From contig JBNGIO010006217.1 of the NCBI GenBank assembly GCA_049999805.1, positions 124,543 to 188,542 of the forward strand: a stretch of 64,000 nucleotides of DNA, in the 5' to 3' direction. A program made the position numbers and the translations under genes. Below the pieces are notes generated by a model. That model was given only the letters and a program-made list of their open reading frames with translations, ran no database searches and had not been told where the DNA came from. Each line of letters starts with the position of its first letter. Position 1 is the first letter of the stretch. Below are positions 35,899-49,100 of the stretch, piece by piece. This stretch comes from Folioceros fuciformis (taxonomy: Eukaryota).

Positions 35899-36061
35899 AG
35901 GAAGGTCGAACTAGCTGATCCCAAAGTGAAGGAGAAGAAGACCTAACCCTTGGCCGGCATCCTGTCCGCACTGTGCTTACGGCAGGACCATGCGTACACT
36001 GGAATTACGATCCAGCAGGACAGTGTGCGAAAGCTGCTTTGTTCACCAGCGCGGTTCCTCA

Positions 36062-36089
36062 CCTAAAACCCTATATCCTAAACCCTAAA
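36062..36089 (+). promoter_or_regulatory. Telo-box-like (AAACCCTA) cluster upstream of the PP2A A-subunit gene
   Basis: CCTAAAACCCTATATCCTAAACCCTAAA contains two AAACCCTA copies about 720 bp upstream of the ATG. Confidence 0.4.
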
Positions 36090-36805
36090 TTTGAATTTCG
36101 TTTTACATTTTACATTTTTATTTAGTTTTTAGAGTGTCGGAAATTTAAACGACACCTCCCTAAATGGGACCTCAAGGGTACAGTACTCCAAATCAGGCAG
36201 GGTCGACTGTATATTAGACACGGGTCCTGTCACCCTCTCTTTTCGTTTCTTTGGGATCCGGTAGTCCACACGTTACAATTACCGGCCACCGGTTCGCGTC
36301 GTTCACAGACGGTTTTAACCATGGTCGCCCGTCTTGAGAGGTGCTTGTCGGGGTTGCGAAGGTTTCTACGGGGTAAATTCGTTTGGGGTAGAAAGTACGA
36401 GGTGACGCGTATGCTCCGACACAGAGACCAAGGCACGCGATCGCGGTAATAAAACACTGGTTCCTCCGGTGTAGGGCTTTTTCCCACACCGGGTCCGTGC
36501 CGTCCTGCTGTCTGCTGTTCTGTGCATGCTTGTATTTTGAGAACTCGCCAATCCGCGAACTGCTGCCCTGCTTTGGCGGCTGCTGGCGTGCCAAGGCTTG
36601 TTCCATGTTTGAAAATTGTGGAGGCTGCTGAGAACGAGTTGACCCGGAGTGGAGGCAAGGGGAATTTGGGTTTGAGCAGCAGCAGTGGCAGCAGGATTGA
36701 AGGGGCAGTGGTAGCGGTAGCGTGTAGTGTACCTGGTAGCTGCGGACTGGATGTAGGGATAAGCAGCTGCGTTGTGCTGGATTGTGTGATACCGGTGCGC
36801 TCAGC

Positions 36806-39800
36806 ATGGCTGTGAATATGTCGATTGTGGATGAGCCGCTCTATCCCATCGCAATTCTGATCGACGAGCTCAAGAACGATGATATCCAGCTGAGGTTGAA
36901 CTCCATCCGCAGGTTGTCCACTATCGCTCGGGCGCTCGGGGTGGAGAGGACGAGGAAGGAGCTTATTCCCTTTCTCAGCGACAACAATGACGATGATGAC
37001 GAGGTTTTGCTGGCGATGGCAGACGAACTGGGGGCCTTTGTGCCCTACGTTGGAGGAGTGGAGTTTGCGCATGTGTTGCTGCCTCCTTTGGAGACGCTGT
37101 GCACGGTTGAGGAGACGGTTGTTAGGGACAAGGCTGTTGAGTCGTTGTGTAGGATTGGATCTCAGATGATGGAGAAAGATGTCATAGACTGGTTCATTCC
37201 CCTGGTGAAGGTGCGGTGCAGTTTGTGAGGCAGGGGTGGGTGGCGCAGGGGTGTTCGCCCTCGTCTGTTTGGTACTAATCAGGTCGAGGTGGTTATGGTC
37301 GTTTCAGAGATTGGGAGCTGGCGAGTGGTTCACCGCCCGTGTGTCGGCGTGCGGCCTCTTTCACATTGCGTACCCTAGTGCCCCCGATCTCCTGCGGGCG
37401 GAGCTTCGAACAGTGTACAATCAGCTCTGTCATGACGACATGCCTATGGTCAGAAGATCTGCTGCCCTAAATCTGGGGAAATTCGCTGCAACTGTTGAGC
37501 CTTCCTACCTGAAGACTGACATCATGACCTTCTTCAAAGATCTGACTTTAGATGGTATCGGCACTAAGTGGTGCTCCGTTTGCCTCGCACGGGATGCGTT
37601 TTGTAAATCATTCTGTTCTCACTTGCACCCAAAGTTCCAGCGTGACCCTTTGTGGAAATGAATTGCAGATCAGGACTCCGTCAGGCTTCTGGCTGTCGAA
37701 GGATGTGCTGCTCTGGGGAAACTTCTGGAATCAGGAGATTGTGTTGCTCATGTGCTACCTGTGATTGTCAACTTCTCACAGGTGAAGGTCGTTATGGGAT
37801 CGTGCTGGGTTTTTTAAGGAATGGTTTCAGGTTGGAGCAGCCAGTAAGACATGGCTTGAACTTGTGTCGTCAACTTGAATTAGGACAAGTCATGGAGAGT
37901 TCGCTACATGGTCGCCAACCAGCTGTATGAACTCTGTGACGCAGTTGGTCCGGAGGCCACAAGGTATGACAGGGCATGACACGGCTCTCTTGGTGCTATT
38001 ATCATTAGCTTTCTACGGTCTTGTATGATGCATTATTCTTCCACTTCTTTTTGGGGACTTCAAGGTCCCAGTGACTATTAAAACTTGTGTGCCGGCACTC
38101 TCACTCAAGTGACTGACCGTGTAATTATCATATACCAGAACTGAGCTGATTCCAGCATTTGTGCGCCTTCTACGTGACAACGAGGCAGAGGTTCGGATTG
38201 CAGCTGCAGGGAAAGTGACAAAGTTCTGTGCAATCATAACCCCACAAGCTGCTATTCAACATGTGCTTCCATGTGTGAAGGTGATTACCTGTTTTTTACG
38301 TATTCAGTGACTTATGGCCTTTTTGGACCTATTCTGGGTCTTGCTCAACTTTTTCTTTACAATACAGGAGTTGTCCACGGATGCCTCACAGCATGTTCGT
38401 TCTGCCTTGGCATCTGTTATAATGGGAATGGCTCCACTTCTTGGAAAGGTGCAATGCTAGGTGTAGATATTGTTCAACTGAGTTTGGTGATGTTTCCTCC
38501 AGAGGGTTTCTATTTGCATGTTCATTTCAGTTCAATCTAATGTATTTGCGACCTGCTCATTGGTATTGCCACTGTAATCCTGGTTCCAGGAGGCAACTAT
38601 TGAGCAACTACTGCCCATCTTTCTGTCGCTGTTGAAGGACGAGTTCCCGGAAGTGAGGCTCAATATTATCAGTAAACTTGACCAAGTTAACCAGGTATGC
38701 TAGTACCTGGCATCTGAAATGCAATTCTCAGGCTGTGGTTTTATCTGTCCGTGTTTTGACATTTTCCTTTGAAGTTTACCAGACCTTATCTGGAATGCTG
38801 CCATATCCTTTGCAGGTGATAGGAATTGACCTTCTGTCTCAGTCACTTTTGCCAGCTATTGTGGAGCTGGCTGAGGACAGACACTGGCGTGTGAGGCTTG
38901 CTATCATTGAATACATACCTCTGTTGGCAAGTCAGTTAGGGGTAGAGTTTTTTGATGACAAGCTTGGCAAACTATGCATGCAATGGCTGGGTGATCAGGT
39001 ACAGTCTCTTGTCATGTAATCATTGTGTAGTTCGTTCCTCCTCTCAACCTTCGGATGATGAGGCTTAACGTCTTGTGTGGTTACAGGTGTATTCAATTCG
39101 AGAGGCAGCTGCCAACAACCTTAAGCGCCTTGCTGAAGAATTCGGTTCACAATGGGCGCTGGAGCATATTATCCCTCAGGTTTTGCTGAACAGTTCCTGG
39201 CAATAGACTCACGGTCTTTGTGTGTTGCGGCTGAAGTATTGGATACTTACAGTTATGTTGGGCAGGTGCTGGAGATGATCAACAATCCCCATTATCTTTA
39301 CAGGATGACTGTATTGTTTGCAATTTCCATGCTAGCACCAGTGGTTGGTTCGGAGGTCACTTGTCAAAGAATGCTTCCTGTTGTCATCAATGCTGCCAAG
39401 GACAGGTACAGTCAATGCATAATTCCTATAGGCTTATATGGAAGTACTATGTGTGCTCCGCTTTCCAGTCGGTAACACAGGGGTTTTTGTTTCTCTAAGT
39501 TTAATTGAGCTGAATGTTTTTGCAGTATTTGACTTGCAGTCAACATGTTTTTCTTACAGGGTTCCTAATATCAAATTTAATGTGGCTAAGATGCTTCAGT
39601 CAATGATCCCAATTGTTGACTCTGGAGTGAGTTTTCCTTGGTCCGAGATCTTGTTCCATGATATGAGTTGTGGACTATTGAGTGACTCTTCCCCCACCCT
39701 AGCATCAATTGTTCTTTAATCTTTAACTCTCCTCGCTGTTGGAGCGGTCATGCAGGTTGTGGAGCAGACAATCAAACCGTGTCTGATGGAATTAAACGAA

Positions 39801-39872
39801 GATCCTGACGTGGATGTAAGATTTTTTGCGAATCAGGCGCTTCAAGCATGCGATCAAGTTATGTGTGCTTGA
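36806..39872 (+). CDS. PP2AA: Protein phosphatase 2A scaffold subunit A (HEAT repeats), multi-exon
   Basis: [109 protein letters not shown] at 39870-39872. Confidence 0.97.
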
Positions 39873-41529
39873 ACATGATCTGCAATATTTTGCATCAGTT
39901 GGGAACGAGAGACCAACCCTGTCTATGCCTGTGGACACGAATGGCCATGAGTCTCTAAGCAGGTTCCTGGAGAGGAGGTTTGGGCAGTCAGTGGACGAGA
40001 TTTGTGGGGAAACTCTGTGTAAACACGCACACAGGAATAGATTTGTCACAAAGGCAGTGGTTCCTTCATCTGCAGTGACAGCTCAATAAGGATCTGATCT
40101 CAAAGCTGTGAACAGCAGTATCCACGTTGGGTTCAACGTCAACAGCTTCTACAGACTGCAGAGTATCATTTGTTTGGACCTCACATCTGGACTTATGGGT
40201 GTCTCTCCCTGACCTCGGCAGTGGATGCCGCGTGCTCTGTGTCAAAGCTGCTCAGACCCTCTGGGCATCCCCTGGGGACTTTTTCCTCGAATAGGAAGCG
40301 GATTCGGCAGTTGGATCTAGGGTGGTTTTGGATCTCTTGTATTCACATGAGGACGAAGCTCTTTGTAGTTGCGTGTGCCCATTGCACTCGTTACTAGAAA
40401 CTAGGGTCTGCATCACGGTATTTGTGCAACAGTATCTAAAGGGGAATATGTTTGTCGTTTCAGGTAGATCAGTAGGTTGTTCTGTTTCTTGTGCCCCATC
40501 GGTGGTGCACGTCACGGAAATGTACGTCTTATGGCGTTGAAGGAAACGTGGAGGGTTTAGTGGCACGGGATATGTGCTGGTGCTGTTTTACTTGTTGAAG
40601 CTCAATCTTCTCTGGTCTACTGTGTTTCCCATCTCCTTTTTCTTCCTGGGGGCGATGCAATAGGTATCATGAGGCTCGACGTTGTGGGCACCGAGACGTT
40701 CGTGAGGCCCAGAACCATTGTTATGTGATGGCAATCTCTGCGTTGTAGATGCGGGTAGTCAACCCTGCCAGCAGGTACATCGGGGGAAGAGGGTAGGCAA
40801 GTCTTAGTGCCTCTGATATCATGTCTTGCGGATTGACCTGTTAGAATCCTTGTACTTGTTGTTGGCTGTTGCTTGCATGTAGCGGTCTTGTCCAGAGTCC
40901 CAGAGTAGTGGTGATATGGAATGGCATCCGTGTCGAGTCCTAACGGCGCTGTCCGGGGACGTGGGTCCGCAATAAGGGATCAGAAGAAGAGGTACAGACT
41001 GGAATTTAGGGCCAATGCGAGTGGCATGTGGGTTGTTGGTCTCAGCTGGTACTGGCATTTATGCTACACTGTATCCTCTCTTCATGATCGAGGGGCTCGA
41101 AACCACCACGGTCTCCAGTGGGCGATGGTCGTGCCACGGACTGTCATCAATCACGTCCTGCTTGCTGGTGATGACTTATCCACGCCAGAACAGCTCATTG
41201 GAATAGGAGCTGGTTGTCCTGAACGCCAACCGGCTAACCAATCCAAGTGCCACGGATCACGTATGTCCGTGGATCCTGATTGGTGAGTCCGTTCTAAAAG
41301 GCTGGTTGGTAGTACAAATTTCCAGCTTTGTGATAGACATGTGATCTTCTGGCTTTGGGTGCAAGTTGTGATGAGAGACTTCTGGGACATGGCCCCTACG
41401 AATATGTAGGCTGTTTGAGCAAGTACGAGTTTCTCGAAACAGATGGGGTGCAGGGATATTCACAGTCACGCATCCCTACTGGCCCCATGGGTTGGATTAG
41501 TCGTCACTCAACTTCTAGAAAGCAGACGA

Positions 41530-43532
41530 TCAGCAGCCAGTCATCTTCTTGGCCTGCTTTCCATCATCTGGCACAAGTCCATCATTGCCGGCTAGAATCC
41601 TGTATTTGTCCCTTCGCGTCAAGTTGGTGCACTCGAATCCTAACGAGGCAGCCAATGACCTTTGAATATAGTTGGCAACTTCATGGCTGGATTTACCCCC
41701 AGCACAGGTCATCTCCAACGGCAGTTGCTCCAGGAATGTGACTTCGTAGAGGGGTGATGGGTTCATGAAAAAGAAGAAGGGATCCATTCCCTTCATGCCC
41801 CTCGCAGAAGTGCCATGAAACATTGAGATGTGGCAACGCATAGTAACAGGCACGATGCAATCCGCTAGTTCCGCAAACAGCGAGGAGAACCGAAGGAGAA
41901 ACGGCTCCCTGCAAGTTGTCCCTTCTGGGCAAACCACAAGGTCTCCTTCTTCCAGCAGAGTTTGCATCATCTTGGCATCCTTGTCCCGGCAACGGGTCAA
42001 GCGCACCGTCTTGATTGGGGACAGAACCTGCACACAGACAGGAGGAGTCGGCAATCCAGAGCTGGCGAAGCAGCGCAAGAGGGGGAACAAGTTGGGCATC
42101 CTTACCTCGGATACTCGGCTTATGGAGTAGGTGACGGCCGTGACATTCCTCCTCAAGGCGATGGAAAGGAAAATGGGATCCAGCAGCGTGCGATGTGAGC
42201 AGACAAACAGGACCCCACTTCTTCCCTCTGCCACTCCTGAGGTAGGAGGCGTACCTTTGATAACTACTCTCACTCCCAGCATAGTCTCCACAGGGAGAGC
42301 CCACCACATGGGGATGCTGATGCCGATGGACATGCGCACTACTGCCAACAGCAGGCCCAAGGGAGCCCACAGGAAGATCAAGAGTGACATCAAGGGAGTG
42401 GGTCTCTGCACGAGCCTCCCATCATGAAACACCAACGGCTTCAAGTACTCGTGGCGAGGCACTGGATCTACCTTCTTGTTGCGGGGTACGAGGTAGGCTT
42501 CCTGCAAAGATGGATGCAGAGACGGGCGTGTCAAACCAGATACGTGTAGCCAAATGCCCAGCAGCGTGGCCAGCTTGGCCGACTTCACGTTGATGCGGAG
42601 GTCCGGATTCCTGGCCTGAAGTCGGGGAGTCTGTTGGGACTGCCGAGGTAAAACTTTGCTCAGGGAGGGATTATAGTTACCTTGCAGAGGGTGAGGAATG
42701 GCAAGTCAGATGCTCTGTCTCCCAAGCCAACGTCAGGCGCAACGCCATGGAACTTGTGCTGGACTGCATCGCGCTTCTTCGAGCCCACTAAAACCCCCGG
42801 ACCGGATACCAATCCTGTCGCATGGCCTCCCGCAGTGACTTGGATCTCTGTGCCCATTACCCCGTCCACCTCCAGGTACTCCTTCAGAAACGGCTCCACC
42901 ATGATCCGTGGGTTGGCAGTGACCACGTACCTGGGAGTCACATGTTGCATAACACAACCATCCATCATGAATCGCTTAACTGAGATCAAACTTTCTCCAG
43001 CAAGCCATCAATCCTACCACGGCCACTCGGCAGAAGTAGCCATCGCTCACCTCTTGCCGCAGGCGATGAAGATTCTATAGGCCTCGGGATGCATGTCTTC
43101 CAGGTAGAACTTGCAGAGAACAGCTCTGGACGCAGACTCTATCTCCGACACCTTCAAGCCTGCGTAACTGAAGAAGATGAGGATCTTGATACCTGCCGCC
43201 TCCGACACAAAATGGTACAGAACCCAAGCCAGTGGTGCCAGCAGCAGCAGCAATACGGCCCGCAATGGGCTCCCTGCCTCAAAAGCCACCAGCATGAAGT
43301 AGGGGAAGCTGCTGCTGGATCGGAGGAGAGTGCCGTCCAAGTCCGACACTACAGTGTGCTGCTCCCGGCCCAGGAGCCCACATCTGTCCACAAACGGCAG
43401 CGTTGCGCTCTGCGTCTGGTAGCATTCTGTCCTGCTGCATCCCCACGGTTTCCGATCAGGTGACAGCGCGGTGACTGTCCTCTCCTTTCTGCCATCTCCT
43501 GCCCGAGAAGCAAAACCGCCCATCCCTCCCAT
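41530..43532 (-). CDS. GPAT: sn-2 glycerol-3-phosphate acyltransferase (GPAT4/6/8-like, HAD phosphatase plus PlsC domains), four exons
   Basis: HAD motifs [10 protein letters not shown] and [21 protein letters not shown]; acyltransferase motifs CSHRTLLDP and [17 protein letters not shown]-terminal [15 protein letters not shown]. Confidence 0.95.
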
Positions 43533-45628
43533 CGACTCCCGTCTGCGAGAAAATGGATACAGTCTGCTGAAGCTCTGCCTGCTGCAATATTATCCCGGCC
43601 CAAATGTGGATTGCCAGGGCAGTGCGAAGTCGCACTCAGAACATCAGCAAAGCAAGCTCTATGATCACGTTTCCTGGAGTAGCGTGACCTGCGGGTAACA
43701 CCAGCCTAGCATGTCCCGATCTCCCGATCATCTCAACTGCAGCCAAACTCAGTGGACAGAAAGACACAAGCCTAGGCCAGGAAAGACATCCAGGACGGAA
43801 GAGAAATGTGCAAAATGCTGCTGTGTGGAGGCGGCCCAGAAATGCGAAATAGACATCTTATCTACCTGTGGGCAGAGCTGGGCCGTCGGGACGAAGGGCT
43901 GGTAGCAGTCGGTCAGTGTGGCCAGCTGACGAGTCAAGCAGGTACCACATGGAAGACGCTGTCCGTGCGCAGGCTGCAGACTGAGATTGCAGGCGGGTAG
44001 CTGGTCTCAACTCACTGTTCCGACGCTTATCAACGCTTTGCTCATAACTACTAGTACATGCCTACACGGCGGGCAGTCCGAGCTGGCGCTGGAGTAGCTA
44101 CCCATGCTCTTCATTGCCACTGTAGCATTGATTGCGCAAAGAAGACGAGGTCGACAGCACAGCCTTGGTCGACGAACTATCCAGAACCTGACTGGGCGTC
44201 CATGGATACATACATATCTTTGTATCTAGCTACACGCTTCACAGCTTCAAGTTCCAGCGGTGGGACATACATCAGTTTGTGGCAGCAGCAGCTTTGCAGC
44301 CTGTCAAACTTGCAAACTTGCAGTGATGACAGGAGCAGCCACCTGTGCAAACTGCTGTACGCTGCTGCGTTCTGTACATCTGCAAGCTCGGAGTGTGTAC
44401 GCTGCGTGCTGTACATCTTCGAGCTCGGAGTGTGCCAGTACTTACTGCCGCTGCTGCAGTTTGAGATCGTGTCCAAATGGGGCAAGAGATGCACGAGACG
44501 CGGGAAGTCCGTACTGTGATTCACGTGACAGACTTGTAAGCTGGGCGCTGGCTCTGTTGCAGGAGTTGGTGGCTTGGCTGGCTGGGATTGTACACGGTAG
44601 GGAGGGTGTTGCTCCTGGAGCTGCGCCGGGCTGAAAATGATTTTGGGCAAATCATCGGCAAATGGCCTATAATTTTGTGTACCTGCCTGTTTTGCACGAA
44701 GTCTGGTCAATGACATTTCGAAATTCTCATCTCGGATTGAGATGCACTCCTCAGAGTCACGACTCAAACGTCAGACTGAGAGGTTAATGCGAGAAGTCGC
44801 CCGGGCAGGGCACTAAGACCTTTCAAAGTTTCCTTTGCGCTTGCTACCTCTCTTCACCGAGCCTGGGAAGTTGCGAGGGGCTGGTCTATCGAGGCCTGGG
44901 GTATCGCGTGGCACTGGCAAGATGGCCATTACATCATAAGGTACGAGTGGTGACTATCCCCGAGCTGGTTGCATTAGATAGTTATCCACGCAATACACCC
45001 TCCTTTGGTGGTTGCGATCCGATTTCTTCTCGGCCTTCCTCAAGCAGGTTACCGCGGATGTTCACGTCAAAAGGCCTTGATGAAGCACTCCCAAGATGCA
45101 AACAAGACGCCTTTAACTTACACCTGGCTACGTTTCACTAGCCATTCCACTTTGGTAAAGCCACTGTTAAATGTAATACCTTCCACTCTAAACTGAATAC
45201 AACAGCCTTAGTTTTTCCTCTCGTTTGCTCTCAAATCGTGTGATCCTAGTCTTACAATTCTTTTATCGAATCTCATCTGCGAAAGGCATATAGAAGCTTT
45301 GGCATACGGCTATGGGTCTTGCTAGTATTGTATGTATCTCTTGCATGATATTAATTATATTTATTTCTTTACTGACTTTGCTTTCAAAAAGCTTTGACAT
45401 GAGACTATTATGGGTCCTGATGGTATCATATGCATATATCTTTTTTTAGATTAATTTTAATTATTTCTTCACTCACTTTGCTTTCGAAGTGAGTGATAGT
45501 ATGCTCGAGCTGCTCGGGCTCTCCATACNNNNNNNNNNNNNNNNNNNNNNNNNNNNNNNNNNNNNNNNNNNNNNNNNNNNNNNNNNNNNNNNNNNNNNNN
45601 NNNNNNNNNNNNNNNNNNNNNNNNNNNN

Positions 45629-45800
45629 ACTTCCGAGGCAGCCATTATGGCTTTAAGTGGCCTTCATCCAACTTCCGAGGCAGCCATTATGGCTTTAAGT
45701 GGCCTTCATCCAACTTCCGAGGCAGCCATTATGGCTTTAAGTGGCCTTCATCCAACTTCCGAGGCAGCCATTATGGCTTTAAGTGGCCTTCATCCAACTT
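45629..45800. repeat. 42-bp tandem array, 4 identical copies, abutting a 100-N gap
   Basis: ACTTCCGAGGCAGCCATTATGGCTTTAAGTGGCCTTCATCCA repeated four times. Confidence 0.9.
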
Positions 45801-46140
45801 GGGATCCCCTATTTCACAAGAGGTCTTGGAATTTTGTTGCAAAGGAGCCTTTTTGTTTAGATAGGGCTATATTCGGGCGGGCCCTCATATCTACCCCACA
45901 TCTTTCTTCTGGGGATTTGTTAGGGACAGTCTATGCCCATCATCATGACTACCTTTCTCACGAGGATCTCTCTTATCGTTTTCTAGAGCTATTTCTTTTG
46001 GCTGGTGCGGATGCAAGAGGGGAAGTTTTCCCTCAAGTTTCACAGGTTTTAGGGGCACGTAGGTTGCTGGCCATAGAGAAGGCCACTCTTGGGGTGCGTC
46101 TCATCGTTGTCGGAGAGGTTTTCTTGCATCTCATTGGTCG
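45629..46140 (+). mobile_element. CRE-like non-LTR retrotransposon fragment (region leading into the reverse transcriptase), cut by the Copia LTR
   Basis: VLGARRLLAIEKATLGVRLIVVGEVFLHLIGR resembles the CRE-clade RT start (RLxALxK..GVRPIAVGE...RL). The match ends exactly where TGTTAGAAAT begins. Confidence 0.65.
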
Positions 46141-49100
46141 TGTTAGAAATGAGTGGCTTAGGACAACACATCGAAAGCGTACTTATTCTAAATTAACAAC
46201 TAAATATTTATGTCATATTAAAGAGTGGTAGAAGAACTTTGCTTATAGTCTAAGCAGGGTTGTTACTATAGAATAAATAGTGTCTAGGACAGTATCGTGG
46301 TGACCCTCAAGTAAACATGGGGCCATGGCCATGCTCTATAGTGTAGTGGTGATGAGATAAGCATCAATGTTTGAGCTATTAGAGCTCTCACATGATTTTC
46401 ACCCTCCGTGTCTTATATAGTATTTCCTCTTAATAATGGCTAGATCCATATATTTCTAACATGGTATTATCAGAGCCGAGTTCTATAGCCTAGGCTCTAT
46501 AGCCTAGTAGTTTTCTCTTGGTTAGTATAGTTGCGTACTCACATCAACATCTTTTGCATAGTTCTTAGTAGAGTGCAAGGTACAAACACTTAGCCTTGTG
46601 CTTGTGAGAATTTACAAATAATTACATAGATTTTAGCTTAGGGCTTGTGGGAGCTTATGTGTAGTTGTAAAGGTATTGATAGTATTCATTCTATAACAAG
46701 AGGTTGAAAGTTAAGAGGAGTGACATATGGTTAACTAGTACTGAGACGTATTTTGGAGAAGTTTACAAGCACAAACTTACCCTTATGGAAGTTGAAGTTA
46801 CAGATGATTCTGATGGAAAAAGAAATATGGCAATATATTGACCTAGGCCTTGAAGATCTACCCATAGATAGGGATTGAATTTTAGATCGTAAAGCCTTGG
46901 CCACAATCCCTCTTAGTGTATCTGATAGTGTGCTTTTATAATTGCATTCATGTACAACAGCAAAGGCGGCATGGAACATGCTCTGCCATACTTATGAAAA
47001 GAGAAGTCTAGTTAACGAGATATTGTTGGAACAACAACTATCTAACTTTAAAATGGTTGAAGGCAGTCCATACAAGAACATGTGAACAAGTTAAAATTTT
47101 TGATAGATCACATGTAGGTGTCAGATATTAAACCATCTTGAGCAAAAATTATTACTCTGTTGCATATTATTCAGCCGCGCGGATTGGGAGGTCTTGGGGT
47201 GGTGGACCCGGTTGCCAAGATGAAAGTTTTGCATGCGCAGTGGGTTGTTAGGGCAGCTGATCCGGCATACTATCCTTGGAAGAGCCTTCTAACACAGCAC
47301 TTGGATTGCACCCAAGATGTCCCCAGGGTAGGAGGCATATGGACAACATTCTAGCCGACAAACCGCTATTGGATACTACAGATTGCTCCCCGCTTTTTAA
47401 GTCTATTTGGAGTAGTTATCTTGAGGTCAAACATTATGTTCTTCCGGGCAACTTCTCCCATGTGGATGATGTTCTTGGTATCCCTTTGCAGGGTTTCTCG
47501 AGATTATGGGTACAAGACTTTAGGTCCAGGGTATATCGGTCACAAATCTTCGGGCTGGCTTGTCAGAAAGGCGTTATCCGGCTTGGACATTTATGAAACA
47601 GAGTTGAGTCCCGCTGGAAAGAAGTAGCGGAGGTCAAAGGGGAGTTTGGAATTGGGGCCCGGCAAGTCAGGTTCATTTTTTCATGGTTGCACAAGGGATT
47701 AGAGGAAAAGGTGCAATAGCTCTTAAGGCAGAAACCTACCATGGGAGAGGAAGGGTGGTACGCTTACTCCATGGATAGTAGGGGAAGCGAGTCAGAGGAG
47801 GAGGATGAGCATGACGAAGCAATGGATCTGGAAAGGGCAATTTTGTTTGCGAGAGCTGATGGCAAAGAGATGCTGGAGTCGTTCCAGGTCGTGGCTCCTG
47901 ACGGTTCTCTGGAAGTGCAGGGTAGGGACGATGGGGAAAGCCGAGGGGGAGAGCTGCGGGCTATCACTGTCCTCTATAAATCCGCTCAGGCAGGGCGATG
48001 GTACATGGCAGGCGAACACCCAATTGAGTCACGTACCTCCGATAAAACAAAGGTTCAGTGTTGGTTCCGATTAGGTGAGAACTGGGCTCTGACCTTTAGA
48101 CTAGATCTTTACAGGTGGCCCAAGCGTCCGGGGTGCAAGAAGGATACTTCTCGATCTTTCTTCAACTTCCCAACGGCGGATCTGTTCCTCTAGTTGGTGC
48201 GAGCGCAGAAAGTCAAGCAAAGACAACCAATTGCGCCCCAACTGCAGCTAGCTAGACGACGACAAAGGGAAGCCATCAAGCTCCTATGGAAGTCCATAGG
48301 AGTCCCACCCAAGGTCAGGTTTATGATTTGGTGTTTCTTTCAAGCGTGTTTGCCTAATGCGGATCGCTGGTATGGGCTATTAGCTCCAGTGGGTGAGGAT
48401 GTGTGTCGACAGTGCACCGAGGGGGCTCCGAACAAGAGCCAACACATATTCTTTCACTGCAGTTTTGCTCAAGAGATGTGGAGGGAGCTGGGCAGGTGGC
48501 TTTGATTGATCTTTCCTAGTGCTAACCTCAGGATCATGAGTCAATCATCCCTATTCGGGTTGGACGCAGCCTCGGGCAAGCCTCTCCTGAAAACCCAATG
48601 GTGGGGCTTACTGTGGTCTTCGTGTCTCTTTCACCTTTGGGCCAACTAGTCCGAGGTGGTTTATGGTGGACAAAAGTCGGCCTCGCCGAAAGCTTTGCTC
48701 TTGCGCATATGGGAGCATTTAGTGATAGCAGCAGAAGCCCTGGAGCAATCCCGACGGAATCAGTTCAAGAGGAAAGACTGGAGGACGGCGGGTCTCCTAT
48801 TGCATGGGAAAGATCGTTGGAATCACTCGTGCCCCTGAGTATTTAGGGTCTGTGAGAGGCTTGGAGGTGGACGTATCAGAGGCTTTGGCAGTATGCGGGT
48901 GACATCGGATTGGGGAGCGCTTGTAGAGCGCCTTGTCTTGAGTTTTGGGCTCTAGGCCAGTTCCCCCCCCCCTCCCTCTTTTTGGCACTCGACTTATGTA
49001 CATACGCTAGCAAGGTTTTCCTTTGTATTGTAAGTGGGAGGAGCCTATCCACTCATAATCAGAGTTATTTTCTTTGCGAAAAAAAAAATTATTACTCTGT

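Noticed and set aside
38802-38815. ATATCCTT resembling a U12 intron donor in PP2AA
   Set aside because: It lies in the 3' end of an ordinary GT-AG intron just before the acceptor; the exon chain is complete without it.
44058-44770. ORFs upstream of GPAT and a miR396-like stretch (TTCACAGCTT)
   Set aside because: No protein motif; the match is too short and no fold-back partner was found.
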